Notes: generated from the letters alone by a model not told the origin. Counted from the first letter of the stretch, positions 1 to 11,905 are shown. The stretch is 64,000 nucleotides of DNA from Sphaerodactylus townsendi (GCF_021028975.2 NC_059431.1:53072001-53136000); one strand, 5' to 3'. Numbers and translations are program-made.

Positions 1-2
1 AT

Positions 3-1529
3 GCCCAAAATGCCGCGTTGCAAGACCTTACCAAGAAATTAGGCTCCATGGGGGGAACTCCCGGGGCGGGCTCAGGGCGTCTGCCATGGGTTCCCTTGAC
101 AAAGCTTACCCCAGAGGACGACATCGACAGCTTCATAGAAGCCTTTGAGCGTACAGCAGAGGCGGCGGGGTGGGACCCGGTGCAATGGGCTCTTATTTTG
201 ACCCCCTACCTGACGGGCCCGGCCCAGGCGGCAGTCAGGGCCTTACCATGGGAGGAAGTGGGAGATTATAAGAAAGTGAAGGAGGCCATTCTGGCCCGCT
301 ATAACATCTCTCCAGAAACCTACCGACAGCGGTTTCGGGCGCTTTCCTTCAAAAAGGGAGAGCAGCCTCGGAGCGTGGCCAATGCCCTACGGGATTTGGC
401 ACAACGTTGGCTACAACCGATACATGCTGACGCCCTGCGCATAGTAGAGTTGCTAGTGTTAGAGCAGTTTATTCAGATTCTCCCTCCTCGGGCCCGCAAC
501 TGGGTGGTCTGTGGGCAACCAAAGTCCGTGGCGGAGGCTATTGCCTTAGTGGAGGGTTTCCTGTCGGCGGAGGGTCGGGACGCCCTAGAGAGGGAGGTGC
601 CTCGACAGGAAGGCCGGGGTAGAGGCCAGACCCCAGGACCAGGGACGGACCTGGGAAGGGCTCGAGTCCTAGGGTGGGGACCGGGTCCCCCGAGTGGGCC
701 TCCTAGAGGCGGCGAGGCTTCGCCATCTTTAGGCAGAGGGACCCCAGAGGCCCGGGCGGCAGGGGGGGCTGCGGCGGCCCCGTCCAGGGGCCCCTGCTTC
801 CGCTGTGGGAAATGGGGGCACTACCAACGGGACTGCCCCGTGATGGAATGTGATCTGGAGTGGGGTGATAGTTACCAGGTCACAGGGGGCAGTACTCGAC
901 CTCGCCCTTTTGTGGTTAAAGTGGTTCTAAACGGGAGACCCCTCACGGCCTTGCTTGACAGTGGCAGTTCGGTATCGATGATCCGGGATCATCTGAAGCC
1001 CCGTCAGGCTCCCGTAGTGCGTAGGGTCACGGTGGCCTGCTTCCATGGGCATTCAGGGACTTACCCGGTGATCCGATTACCATTTAAATGGGGCCCCCAG
1101 GAGAGCGTGCTCGAGTTAGCGTGCGTTCCCTCATTGCCCTTCCCTCTGTTATTGGAGTGGGATACCCCTGAATTCCCGGAGCTCTTGGCAGCCGCGGCCC
1201 AGGAAGCCGAGGGTCACGGCCTCCGTACTCTGCTAACCATACTGCAGGACCCCCAGCCCTCCACCTCGACCGACCTGGCGGCCGGGGTGCGGAGCGACCA
1301 GGCCGCCGTGCACGCCTCGTGGGTCACGGATCCGGCCTTCCTACAGGCTCAAGCGGATGATCCCTCTCTAGCGGCCACAAGAGACCTACTGGCGGTAAGC
1401 AACGGGTGGGTCATAGACGCCCGGCGAGCGTTCAGACTGCCCCATATCGGGAAAGACCAAGAGGTCTGGTACCGAAAGGTGCACGGTCGGGGGGGAGGTA
1501 CGGCAGCTATTAATTCCCCTCCAATATAG
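3..1529 (+). CDS. Gag-protease region of the Gmr1-like element (frame open from the window edge; joined to pol by a frameshift at ~1489-1495)
   Basis: SCAN-like segment PETYRQRFR...LVLEQFIQILP...WV...PKSVAEAIALVE (~312-563); zinc knuckle CFRCGKWGHYQRDC (795-836); aspartic protease LLDSGS (951-968). Confidence 0.92.
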   Translation, partial: AQNAALQDLTKKLGSMGGTPGAGSGRLPWVPLTKLTPEDDIDSFIEAFERTAEAAGWDPVQWALILTPYLTGPAQAAVRALPWEEVGDYKKVKEAILARYNISPETYRQRFRALSFKKGEQPRSVANALRDLAQRWLQPIHADALRIVELLVLEQFIQILPPRARNWVVCGQPKSVAEAIALVEGFLSAEGRDALEREVPRQEGRGRGQTPGPGTDLGRARVLGWGPGPPSGPPRGGEASPSLGRGTPEARAAGGAAAAPSRGPCFRCGKWGHYQRDCPVMECDLEWGDSYQVTGGSTRPRPFVVKVVLNGRPLTALLDSGSSVSMIRDHLKPRQAPVVRRVTVACFHGHSGTYPVIRLPFKWGPQESVLELACVPSLPFPLLLEWDTPEFPELLAAAAQEAEGHGLRTLLTILQDPQPSTSTDLAAGVRSDQAAVHASWVTDPAFLQAQADDPSLAATRDLLAVSNGWVIDARRAFRLPHIGKDQEVWYRKVHGRGGGTAAINSPPI

Positions 1530-4500
1530 GCGCCAGGTGTTGGAGAGGGCGCACGATCATCTCTGGTCAGGGCATCAAGGGGCCAATAACACTATAAAGA
1601 GGCTATTGGATCACTTCTTTTGGCCATCACTATACAAGGATGTTCGCACTTTTTGCCGGTCTTGTGATGCTTGCCAACGCCAGACGGCTACCAGCCCTCC
1701 TAAGGCTCCTTTAGCCCCGTTACCGGTTATTCATGCCCCCTTTGAGCGCCTCGCAATGGACTTTATTGGGCCTCTGCCCCGAACACCTCGCGGGGCCCGT
1801 TTTGTGCTTGTCCTGGTGGACTATGCCACCCGCTACCCGGAGGCCGTTCCTCTGCGGAATATGAAGGCCGAGGGGGTCGGTCGAGTCCTGGTGCGCTTCT
1901 TTGCGCACGTGGGGATCCCAAAAGAATTAATTTCGGACCGAGGGACCCCATTTACTGCTCACACGACCCGACGGTTGTGTGCTACCTTAGGTATACGCCA
2001 AATCTTCACGTCCGTAGGTCACCCCCAGATGGACGGGTTGGTTGAACGGTTCAACCAAACCCTTAAGTCCCGGCTCCATAAGTTGGGGTTCGACCGTCCC
2101 ACCTGCTGGGACCTGCTGGTAGATCCGATTCTTTTCGCAGTCCGTGAAACCCCTCAGGCCTCTTTAGGTTTTTCCCCATTCGAGCTCATTTTTGGTCGGA
2201 ACCCCCGGGGGATTCTCCAAGTAATGGAAGAAATGTGGGTAGAACCCCCAGGGGAAGAGAGCCAGGATGTCCCCACTTTTCTCCAGGAGCGACATCGGAT
2301 TAGACAACAGGCTCAGGAGCTCGCCACGCACCATCTACAGATAGCTCAGGAGCAACAAAAACAGCAGTATGACCGGTCAGCTCGCCCGCGCGCCTTGAAG
2401 GAGGGAGACCGGGTCCTGGTACAACGACATCTGGCCAGAGCTCCAGGGGCAGACCCTTGGCAGGGTCCCTTCCCGGTGTGTCGGGTGTTGGGGCCCCTTA
2501 CCTATGAGGTCCAGTGCGGGCCTACCCGGCGCCACCGGAAACCTGTCCACATCAATAACCTAAAGGTGTGGCATGCGCGGCCAACTCCGGTTGGGCTCGC
2601 CGTGGAGGGCCCGGATTTGTCGGCCGGCGACATGCCGTGCCACGCACAGTCTTCCCCGGAGACGTTGCCGCAGTTTGATAGCCACTTGGACGCAAAACAG
2701 GTTCAGGACCTTAAGTCAGTCCTAGCGCACTTTCCCCAGTTATTCTCAACCGCCCCCGGGAAAACACAGGTCATCCAACAGGAAATCCGAACGGAACCTG
2801 GACAGGTGGCCCGCAGTACGTGGCGCCCACTACCCCAGCAGCGCTGGGAGGTGGTCCGTCAGGAAGTAGAAAAGATGCTCCAGTTGGGAGTGATTGAACC
2901 ATCCCGAAGCGCGTGGCGCAGTCCTGTGGTGTTAGTACCAAAGCCGGATGGGTCCATTCGCTTTTGCATTGACTATCGAGAAGTCAATGCTGTGGCTCGT
3001 TTCGATGCTTACCCGATGCCCCGGGCGGACCACCTGGTCCAGCAATTGGGAACGGCCCGGTATTTGTCAGCCCTGGATTTAACAAAGGGGTACTGGCAAA
3101 TTCCCATGAAGGAATCCGATCGCGAAAAGACGGCCTTCGCCACTCCCCAGGGCCTATTCCAATTTCGCGTGATGCCGTTTGGGCTACACGGTGCGGCGGC
3201 CACCTTCCAACGTATGGTGGATACAGTCTTGAGCCATTGTCACGGCTTTGTCACGGCCTACATTGATGATATTCTGATCTACAGTCCCACTTGGGAATCC
3301 CATCTAGAACACTTGCGGCAGGTCCTGGCCGCCCTGCGCCACGCCGGGCTTACGGTAAACCCCCAGAAAAGTCATTTAGGTTTTCAGGAAATTCGGTACT
3401 TAGGTTACATCGTGGGAGGAGGGGTCTTGAAACCCCAACCGGACAAAGTAGCTTCCCTTGAGGGGTTGACCCCCCCCACCACAAAAAAGGGGTTACGACG
3501 CTTTCTTGGCTTAGTAGGGTACTACAGCAAGTTTATTGCGGGTTTCGCCTCAACGGCGGCCCCCTTAACTGACCTATTGCGTAAAACGGCCCCGGAGAAG
3601 TTGCGGTGGGGTTCGCAGCATGCCGAGGCCTTTCGCACCTTAAAAGGAGCCCTCACACGGGCCCCGGTTCTGCGCAACCTGGACCCCTCCCTACCTTTTG
3701 TCGTGCAAACAGACGCGTCTGGCACGGGGTTAGGGGCCGTGTTGTCGCAACGGTGGCCTGATGGGGAACATCCCATCCTCTTCCTCAGCCGCAAGTTGCA
3801 GCCGGCTGTGGGTAAATATTCCACCGTGGAACTGGAGGCACTCGCTATTAAGTGGGCGGTAGCGACCCTACGGTTCTACCTGGAGGGTCGTTCATTCACT
3901 ATTGTCACAGACCACGCGCCACTACAGTGGATGCGTCACATGAAAGATCACAACCCCCGCGTGCTTCGCTGGTACATCTCCCTTCTGCCTTTCAGATTCA
4001 ACATCGTACATCGTCCGGGGCAGCAGCAGCTAAATGCCGACTTCCTCTCCCGGATGTGGGACGACGCTTCTGACGACGTCCCGCCGCCCTGGGGGGGGGT
4101 GTCCGGGAGTGGGGCCCTCCCCCCGCCCGGACTTACTGCCGCCGTCTTCTTCGGCCCGGCCAACCGCCCCGCAGGGCTCGGGCGGGCCGGTGACAGCGCC
4201 GCCCGCTCAGCCGCGGGACCAAGGCACGGGGGACTCCTCGTGTCGCCGGTCGGGGGCAGCGGGAAACCCCTCCACCGAGGCCGGGGAGGCTCCGGCAGCG
4301 CCGGTGGGACTCTACGCCCCCGGCCCAGGACTGCAGCCGGGGAGCGGGGAGGCGAGCCAGCCGGAGCAACGGGGGCCTCGCCTCCGCCCCAAGGACGCCG
4401 CGGCCAGGAGCTCCGAGGCCGCCGACGAGGGAGCCACCGGCCCCACGCTCCTCAGCTGGGCGCCGACACGGCCGGCAGCTGCGCGGGCCGGCGTCTCTGG

Positions 4501-4710
4501 CGGGGGCGGAGACTTGGCCCCGCAGCTGGTGTCGGGCCGGGCGCGCCGGTCGGGCAGAAGACGAGCCTGGAGAGGGGAGGGGTTTTCAGGCTTGGAACTG
4601 GGTGGGGAAAGGATAAAAGGGGAAGAAGAGAGGCACCTGGGAGAGTGGTGGGAATGGAGAGCGGAGGAGACAGTAGACGGGAGGCTGGAAGGGAAGCAAA
4701 GAGGGGTTGA
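1496..4710 (+). CDS. Pol: integrase - reverse transcriptase - RNase H; reading frame runs on into the 3' LTR
   Basis: Integrase HHCC (AHDH..GH...CRSCDAC) and D-D-E (MDFIGP, ISDRG, GLVERFN), GPF motif; RT LDLTKGYWQ, MPFGL, YIDD (3259-3270); RNase H TDAS, ELE, TDH, NADFLSR. The frame is open upstream of 1537 as RQLLIPLQYRRQV. Confidence 0.94.
4091..4099 (+). other. Polypurine tract (plus-strand primer site)
   Basis: G9 run immediately 5' of the LTR-initial TGT. Confidence 0.8.
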
Positions 4711-5025
4711 GAAGGAGAGGCGAGGGATAGTGAATGAGGAGGACAGAAGCCAGGAAAGAGAGACAGCCGGAGGACGGGAGAAAAGAGGGGAGAGAAGGAG
4801 AGAGAAGCGTGTGGCTGGGGGCTGGGAGAAGGGAGCCCTGTGGCATGAACAGGCTCCCTCTTGGGCTGATTAGTCAGGGCTGGTCAGCCCGAGGGTGTAC
4901 AGGGACACCCAATTAATCCACCCCACAAGACCAGGGGTGAGGCCGGGAGGTACCAACACCCGGGAAGGGATAGGAGGGACGGCAACCGGGTACCCCTTTG
5001 GGTGCCCTGGAGGGGGACCCTGACA
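4100..5025 (+). repeat. 3' LTR of the Gmr1-like element (926 bp)
   Basis: Starts TGTCCGGG and ends CCCTGACA (7/8 terminal inverted repeat). GC content drops abruptly after 5025. Confidence 0.85.
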
Positions 5026-5544
5026 ATAGGCTTGTGTTAATTGCATGTTTAGCAAAGGCTCATGGGAACATGCTCTTGAAAAAACACCATGACATGAAAA
5101 GGTGGTATAAAACAGGACTCAGCAAGCTTGAAGGACAAGAAAGAATTGATTGAGAGAGACTGAAGGTAGTCATCTTTGAAGGACAGAGCTTGTTTACAAG
5201 CAAAGGACGGAGCAGATAGAGTCGTTCTTCTAGTGGGGAAGACCTGAACAATTCTCCTTGAAAGTTGCAACAGTGGGAAGAACTGAAAAATAGGATTTTA
5301 CTGACAGCTGTTATTGAAATCAGCACCCTAGTACAGAGCTGCCCCACTTCACTTTGCCAGGAGAAAAGGAGAACTGCTCCTAGGGCAATTAACAGACTTG
5401 AAAACTCATCCAGCATCTTCACGGGGAGAGTGTTTGCTGTGGCAAAAACGTTTTGTTTAGATCTGGGACTCTGATCCAGGCTTAGCATCAGGAAGAGCAT
5501 TGCAGCCTGCGCCTTCTACAAAGTGGACTGTGAATAGGACTCTG

Positions 5545-5935
5545 CAGTGGTGGGATCCAAAAATTTTAGTAACAGCTTCCCATGGTGGTGGGATTCAAAC
5601 TGTGGCGTAGTGTCAATGGAGCTGGGTGGGGCATGATGGGGGCGTGGCCGGGCATTCCAGGGGTGGGGCATTCCTGGGCAGAGCTGTGGCAAGGACGCAG
5701 CCGCTGCGCCGGTCCTTGGGCGGGAAACGAATGCACGCAGGTGCAGGCTGCCACGCACGCCGGTGCACCTCCTGCTAGACTGCTTCAAGTTCTGCGCGCT
5801 ACTGCTGAAGGAGGGGCGTAACTAAGGCAAAAATCACGTGGCAAAATCACCAATTAGTAACCCCCTCTCGGCACACACAAATAATTAGTAACCTACTCTC
5901 GGGAACCTGTGAGAACCTGCTGGATCCCACCTCTG
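5545..5935. mobile_element. Non-autonomous hAT element (MITE)
   Basis: TIRs CAGTGGTGGGATCCA / TGGATCCCACCTCTG; perfect 8-bp TSD GGACTCTG (5537-5544, 5936-5943). Confidence 0.9.
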
Positions 5936-7188
5936 GGACTCTGCCATGAGACTATGGTTAATGAAACAGTACTGATATGTTTGAAAATGTTTTCACAGTT
6001 GCTCTTAGTTGTATCTAAATAAACTGGATTTATATTTTGATGTTTACAAGAATAGCCCTAAGCTTTGAATCTGTCCCTTGGGATTGAAGGGGTAACAATA
6101 GTACTAAAAAATGAACTGTTGACCTGGATAAGGCAAATATAGCAGGACAAAATAAGAGAGCATCACACAACAGAAAGCTAGGAAGTATCAGAGAAAAAGC
6201 TTTCCTTGTAAGGCACATCTAGGATTGGACTTCACATGGAAAGTTCAAATATAAATTTCCAAACAGCATAAAAGAACCTTCGCGCCGCTTGGGGGGAGCC
6301 AGGACGCCTCCTGTGTGAACAGCACCCCAGGGACCGTTTTTTCCCTGTCCCTGGGGTGCTGTTTTTTGGCCATGCGGAAACGGCCTTCGATTCTGGTAGC
6401 TATTCACAGCCTTGACATGCTGTTTGCTCTTGAAGTTTCCCCCACATCCACCAAACTCACACCCTTTCTCAGGAAATGAATATCATGAAACCAAACTGAT
6501 TTAAAATTTTTCACTGTCAGTTTTATTATTTTATGATGTCTAAGTAATGGACTTTAGAGCTAAGATGTTTGCTTAACCTTCTTCCCACATGTGGTTAAAT
6601 CCATGCTGTTTTAATAATCTACATGTCCATAATATCAGATCACTCCTTAGGACTACCTATATATGTAATAAAATTATACAATTTGCAAACAAATAGTGTT
6701 GCTGTGCCTTCTTAAGTCAGTCATTTTGATGCTTATTTAATCTTTATCTGCTCCCGTGGACAGGTTTCCATTGCCCCAATAGGATCCTGCCTTTTCTTTC
6801 TACTAGCTGTTCCACCCTGTTCTACCACAGACTATTGGAGAATTCATTTGACTTTATGTTTACAATACAGATAATGACAAGAGAATGCCAATTTTCAGAG
6901 GACATAAAACAGACTAAATGTATATTACAGTAAGTAAAATATAGCAATGTTGTGAATGTTTTAATTGTCATATGTCACACAAGTGCATGAAAGATGTCCC
7001 TTATGTACTTTAGAACAATTTATGCAAGCATTCCAGAGGGAACAGTAGTAACCAATGGATTTTTCAGTACTAAATTAACTCCAAACTACCATTAACAATG
7101 GATGGAAGCAGTGAAAGCACACCCAGCAGTAGTTCCATCAATAAAAAGGCAGTACAAGTCAGACCATCTAGCCCAGTATGGACTACAT

Positions 7189-9016
7189 CAGTGTTTCCCG
7201 ACCTTTTCAATGTCGTGGTACCCTTGACCTTGCTCTTCATATCTCAGGGTACCCTTGAGGAAAACACCTATTTTTAATTGATTTATTTTAATTATTAGTG
7301 ATGTGAGAGACATAATAGTTTATTGCCTGTTTATTCATTAATTAACTAGCTAGGGAAAATTCTCTAAATGAAGAACTACTACACCAAAACACCTCATGAA
7401 AATTTTAAAAGCTTTCAGGTCTTCAATATAAATCACTTCATGCACCAGCCTTCCTATAAAGCAGCAGGCATCTCCGCCAGGATTTCTAAGTGCATTTGGC
7501 GGGATGCAGATAGGATGCAACAACCTTACACCATTTGTTAGCTGCCCTTGGCCAATCCCCCATCAAAAAAGTCCACTATCTCAAATGCTGGAGGGGATTA
7601 CTTATGAGCAACTATATTTAGGATTTCATTCTTACAGTTCAAACCTATGCATGTTTACTCAGCAATTGCACAGTGGGGCTTCTTCTCTTAAGTACGCACA
7701 GGATTACAACTGCATCGAGGGGTACGCAGGGGTTGCGTAGACTGCTTGATGTTTAGCAGAACAAATGCTCAGCCCATTTGACTTCTAAATGGGAAACTAG
7801 AAAGGAACCTATCCACCTTTTTTTCCAGGAATGCTCCCTTACACCGATTTTTGCAAAGCAAGACATACCCTACCATGAACAGAAATGAAATACAAATCCG
7901 CTACGGAAAGGGGGAGGAGGATGAGCAAGCGAGGAAAGAGCTACAAACTTTGTGGGTCTTTTAAAAAAAGATGCATCTGGGATGTTCACTCTGCCTTCCC
8001 CTCCTCCATCCAGCAACACAGACGCTCCCCTCTAACACCCCCCCCCCCCGCTCATGTCCACAGAAGAGGCATCGAGAGTTCAACTCCTCAAAAGTTTGCA
8101 TCCCAATCCAACCACGCAGGCAAAAGTGAAATCCCAGAGGGCTTCTGGGCACAAAGCCCAAAACAAGTGAGTCGCCACTTTCTGTCTGGCGCCTGGAAGG
8201 GAGACTCACTTTGCATTCCTACGCTGCTGCCCCTGAAGTGGTGCCATGGAGGGAATTGGGGGGGTTGCAGCTGGAGCCCTTTGCCATGTGACCCCTCCCC
8301 ACGCCTGCCCCCTCTCCCCTCGCCACCCTGCCCTGCCACCGTCCTGCGGCAGCCACAAAGTGACCCCCCGCTGGCCCCATCCTGCCCACCAGTCCGCCAA
8401 GCAGGGAAGCGGCTCCAGCCTTCAGGCCAGAGTTTCTGCAAGGCACCAGGCGGAGAAGCGCACAACTCAAGGCGCTGCCCGCAAGGCCAAAAGGTGGGGA
8501 GGGAGACATCGGGCTAAGGCCACCAAAAGCAGCGGAGTCAAGAGTGAGGTGGGGGGGGGAGCGGTGACACAACACAACCCAATCCCCGAGCAGGGTGCAT
8601 GATTACTCCTTCCCCAAATGCCCGCTGTCTACCAATCCTTTCCCAAAAACCCTTGGTTGCTTTAACTTGCTTACAGGCAGGATTCAGGAACCAGCTCAAA
8701 AATTGCCACGACGGTCTGAGCGCCAAACAAACGCGCCTTTAGTGCAGGTCACATGCAGACCCACTCGTCTGCTCCTGTGCCGCTGTATGCCTGCCGCCTT
8801 CCCCTGTTTCAAATCTCGCTGCTTCACTCACAGGCTTGTAGTCAGCTGTTGTGAGGAGGGGGCGAGCCGGAAAGATGGTGCTCCGTTGGAATGGGCAGTC
8901 CTCCCTCCCCGTACGCCACTGCGGGGGAGGGAGGGGGCGGTAGCGTTTCCCACGGTACCCTTGAGGAATGCTCACGGAACCCTAGGGTACCGCAGTACCC
9001 CGGTTGAAAATCACTG
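7189..9016. mobile_element. Non-autonomous hAT element, 1.8 kb
   Basis: TIRs CAGTGTTTCCCGACC / GGTTGAAAATCACTG; perfect 8-bp TSD GACTACAT (7181-7188, 9017-9024); subterminal GGTACC(C) motifs at both ends; no transposase ORF. Confidence 0.88.
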
Positions 9017-10266
9017 GACTACATGGACAGCTCCCAAGGGTCTCACATAGAGGCCTTTTCAAGTCATAGAATCGTAAACCTGGAAGCCCTGCTACTTGAG
9101 TTCCTTTAAAAAAATTAATGGCACAGCAGTCCCAAGAATTTTACACAACAACCTCAGCAATGTTTTCCAGGTTAAAACTCTACATTCAATCTAATAACCT
9201 GATTGTGTGAACCCATCTAGGACCAGACTGACTGTTTCCAAGTCTTGCCTTCAGGACAGTGGTTTCTAGTCTAGACAGCCCTGTCAGATGAACATGATAA
9301 CAGTTTGGGGAGTACAACATTCCAGGGAAGCACAGTAACCAGCAGTTCTCCTAAACCCTTGCCTCCTAGGAACTAAACAAAGCCTTCTGAAGGTGCCACA
9401 CAGCTAATAAACACTGGCAACTTCCTGTTCATGTGCATTTTCTGTGGTGGCTTTAGGAGGTAGATGCATCTTTCATTCTGCAGTGTACACAAAATTGAAA
9501 TGTTCAGGACAGCATTTTTATAAAAGGGATTAAAACTGTATTATAATGGAATAGAGCAGGAGGTTGCTTTACAAAGGATAGAGTTTATCGACTGCCTTTT
9601 TTTGTATGGATCATCTTCCTTGCATTGCCTCTGTGACACATTTTTTGTATTATAGCATGCCATGGCTTAGAAAGGTTTTTTTTTTAAAAAAAATCTGCAT
9701 TATTTTTCAATTCTTTAATCCCAGTGTAACCCAGCAGTTCCCTGGCTACATAGTTTCCTTTCAGAAAGTTTGGAGGGGTGGCGGGAGATTCAAAATCAGT
9801 TGTACAGCAGCACCTTTTGGGTTGGTAAACAAGTGGCTTCAAACAGGAAAGCAACACTGAAGCATCCACTGTCCTGTGGACAGACCGCACATTGGCCAGG
9901 ACATGCCTGCCTGTGGTAGAACAGACCCCCCCAGGCCATGATACGGCCTGTTTCCCCTGCGTGGCTCTGCAGATGGGGCTGGGGAAGGAGTTTTCAAGAA
10001 TTGCGTTATGCGTAATTCTCTTGTTTTAACGTGGCTTACAGCCGTGGCCGTTCGCTTGGCTGCGGCTGTGAACCGTGTTAAAACAAAAGAATCACACATA
10101 AAGCATTATTCAAAAAATCCAGGTTGGGGGGAAAATGCAGAGTGGATCCATGTTAGGATCAGTATCTGTGCGAAGTTCCTCCCAACCCGGGTTTTTTACC
10201 GGTGTTATCCTGGTTTAATTGGCCGGTGCAGAAAGGGCTTAAGTGATGACAGTGAGCTGGGAGTTC

Positions 10267-10303
10267 CGTGTGTGTGTGTGTGCGCGCGCGCGCGTGCGCG
10301 CGT
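10267..10303. repeat. (GT)n/(GC)n alternating purine-pyrimidine microsatellite
   Basis: cgtgtgtgtgtgtgtgcgcgcgcgcgcgtgcgcgcgt read directly. Confidence 0.9.
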
Positions 10304-11819
10304 TACAAAAAAAGACCTAGAATTTATTTTTTTTTAAAGAAAGCATTTATCATGTTATTAAAAGAAGCAGAAGAAACAAAGCAGGCATGTTTTGAGAGTT
10401 TTGTCTGTTTTAACTTCTGTTTATAGGATTGCAGAAATTTAATACAGATGCAAAGAGTAAAAATTAATTATTATTAAGAGTAAACTAAGGAGCTAAGTGG
10501 TAGAATCCATAGAAATGTGTATAGTTAGCCTGTCTGCCTTGTAACTTTGAGGCTGTAAATAGCCCCAGTGGGGGCACTGCCAGAAGGCTGAAGTGTTTAC
10601 AAGACTCTTGATATTTTCACCAAGTTCATCATTTCTGTTGCCATATCTCTTGCCATTATTGCTGGATGTGTTCATTAAAGCTAGAAAATAATTTGTTTCT
10701 CAGTCTTTTTGCTATTGCAGACAGTTCCTAGGAGAGGAGTGGGTGTGGAGTAACACAGTTTTAATGTAGGTTTATTATAGACAGTTATGTTGCCAAGTCA
10801 GAGGAGTTTTGAAGGGGTGCATTTATAAATTGCTAATGATATCTCTACTAAACTGCAAAAGGCCACTTCTCAAAGCCATATCCTAGCAACAAGCATAACT
10901 CATAAGAAAGGAAATACACAAGGAAAGTAAAATCCTCAGGTTCTTGCTGGGAGCGTTTGACTTTTGAACTCTCAGGCAGGGAAGCTGATTCAAGTATTTA
11001 TTTATTTACTATACCACACTCAGGTGGTTTCTAATGAATAAAATATTCAACAAAGAAAAAACCAACAAAAGGACCATACAAATCATCAGCAGAACTGCAA
11101 TCAAACTAGAAAGCAACCATAAAATTAGTTTATCTTCATAGCTTCAGTACAGTCCCACAGAATTAAAGCAATCCCTGCCAGATGTCTGCTACCCAGCATC
11201 ACCAACTACAAAAGTAATAATGTTTAGACTCTTGGGCATTCCGAACCTTACAAGGAGGGAGGATGGCAGTAAAGATGGTCTTCCCCAAGAAGGTGATGAA
11301 TTCAGAGAGTTTTTTGATGTCCCTTAGAGATTCTCCAGTCAACAGTGTTGGTGTTCCTGTTCCTGTTGCTGTCCTGGTGGACTAGTAAAATAAAGAGACT
11401 GTAAAATAAAGAGGCTGTGAATGCAATTGAACGTGAATGTCATCTCTGCTTCCTTGGAGCTCAAAATGCTCCTTGGTTTATCAGAGGAGCCTTAGGATGC
11501 TGAAACAGGAGAGAAAACTCAAAGCAAATACAACTAAACACAGGTAAGAGCACTTTATTGTGCCTAATCTGTGGCAGCAGTGACAGCTAAGTGAGCACAC
11601 TTCTCTGCCCCCATTTTGTTTGCATAGGCCATAGGGCCATCCGGTGGACAATTAAAATTAAATAATTAAAAAAGAAGAACTGTGTGGCCCACGATGTCTG
11701 GACTTGCCACTTATCACTCATAGTTTCATGGTGGCTGGGTGGATTGAGTGGGCCCCTGGAGAAACAAATACCTCACAGTAGGAGAGTGTAGTTCCAACCA
11801 CATTGAAAGAGGCAGTCTC

Positions 11820-11905
11820 AGATGTATCCTGAAAAAGACATTCCTGTACCCAAATGAACTAAATAACTACCAACTGGTGGCTAATATTCTGTTGTTGGGC
11901 AAGAT
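11820..11905 (+). mobile_element. Decayed L2/CR1-group LINE ORF2 fragment
   Basis: Translates LKKTFLYPNELNNYQLVANILLLGK, resembling the LKK..LDP...NYRPV.N.PFL.K motif upstream of the RT core. Confidence 0.55.

Larger units (their letters stand above)
1..5025 (+). mobile_element. Gmr1-like Ty3/Gypsy LTR retrotransposon (5' part and 5' LTR lie outside the window)
   Basis: Gag with SCAN-like capsid CTD and CCHC knuckle, protease LLDSG, then integrase before RT and RNase H (the Gmr1-clade order). G9 polypurine tract at 4091-4099 directly followed by a TG...CA LTR. Confidence 0.95.

Noticed and set aside
18-1529. Host SCAN zinc-finger gene
   Set aside because: No C2H2 array or introns; the SCAN segment is followed by a CCHC knuckle, protease and pol, so it is retrotransposon Gag.
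1537-4075. Ty1/copia element (integrase before RT)
   Set aside because: RT and RNase H motifs (LDLTKGYWQ, MPFGL, YIDD, TDAS) are Gypsy-type; the order is explained by the Gmr1 clade.
4034-4873. 279-aa ORF as env or an accessory gene
   Set aside because: Lies almost wholly in the GC- and purine-rich LTR; low complexity; no signal peptide or transmembrane segment.
7885-9050. Cluster of overlapping 80-210 aa ORFs
   Set aside because: GC-rich interior of a non-autonomous hAT element; no recognisable domain; open on both strands as expected from composition.
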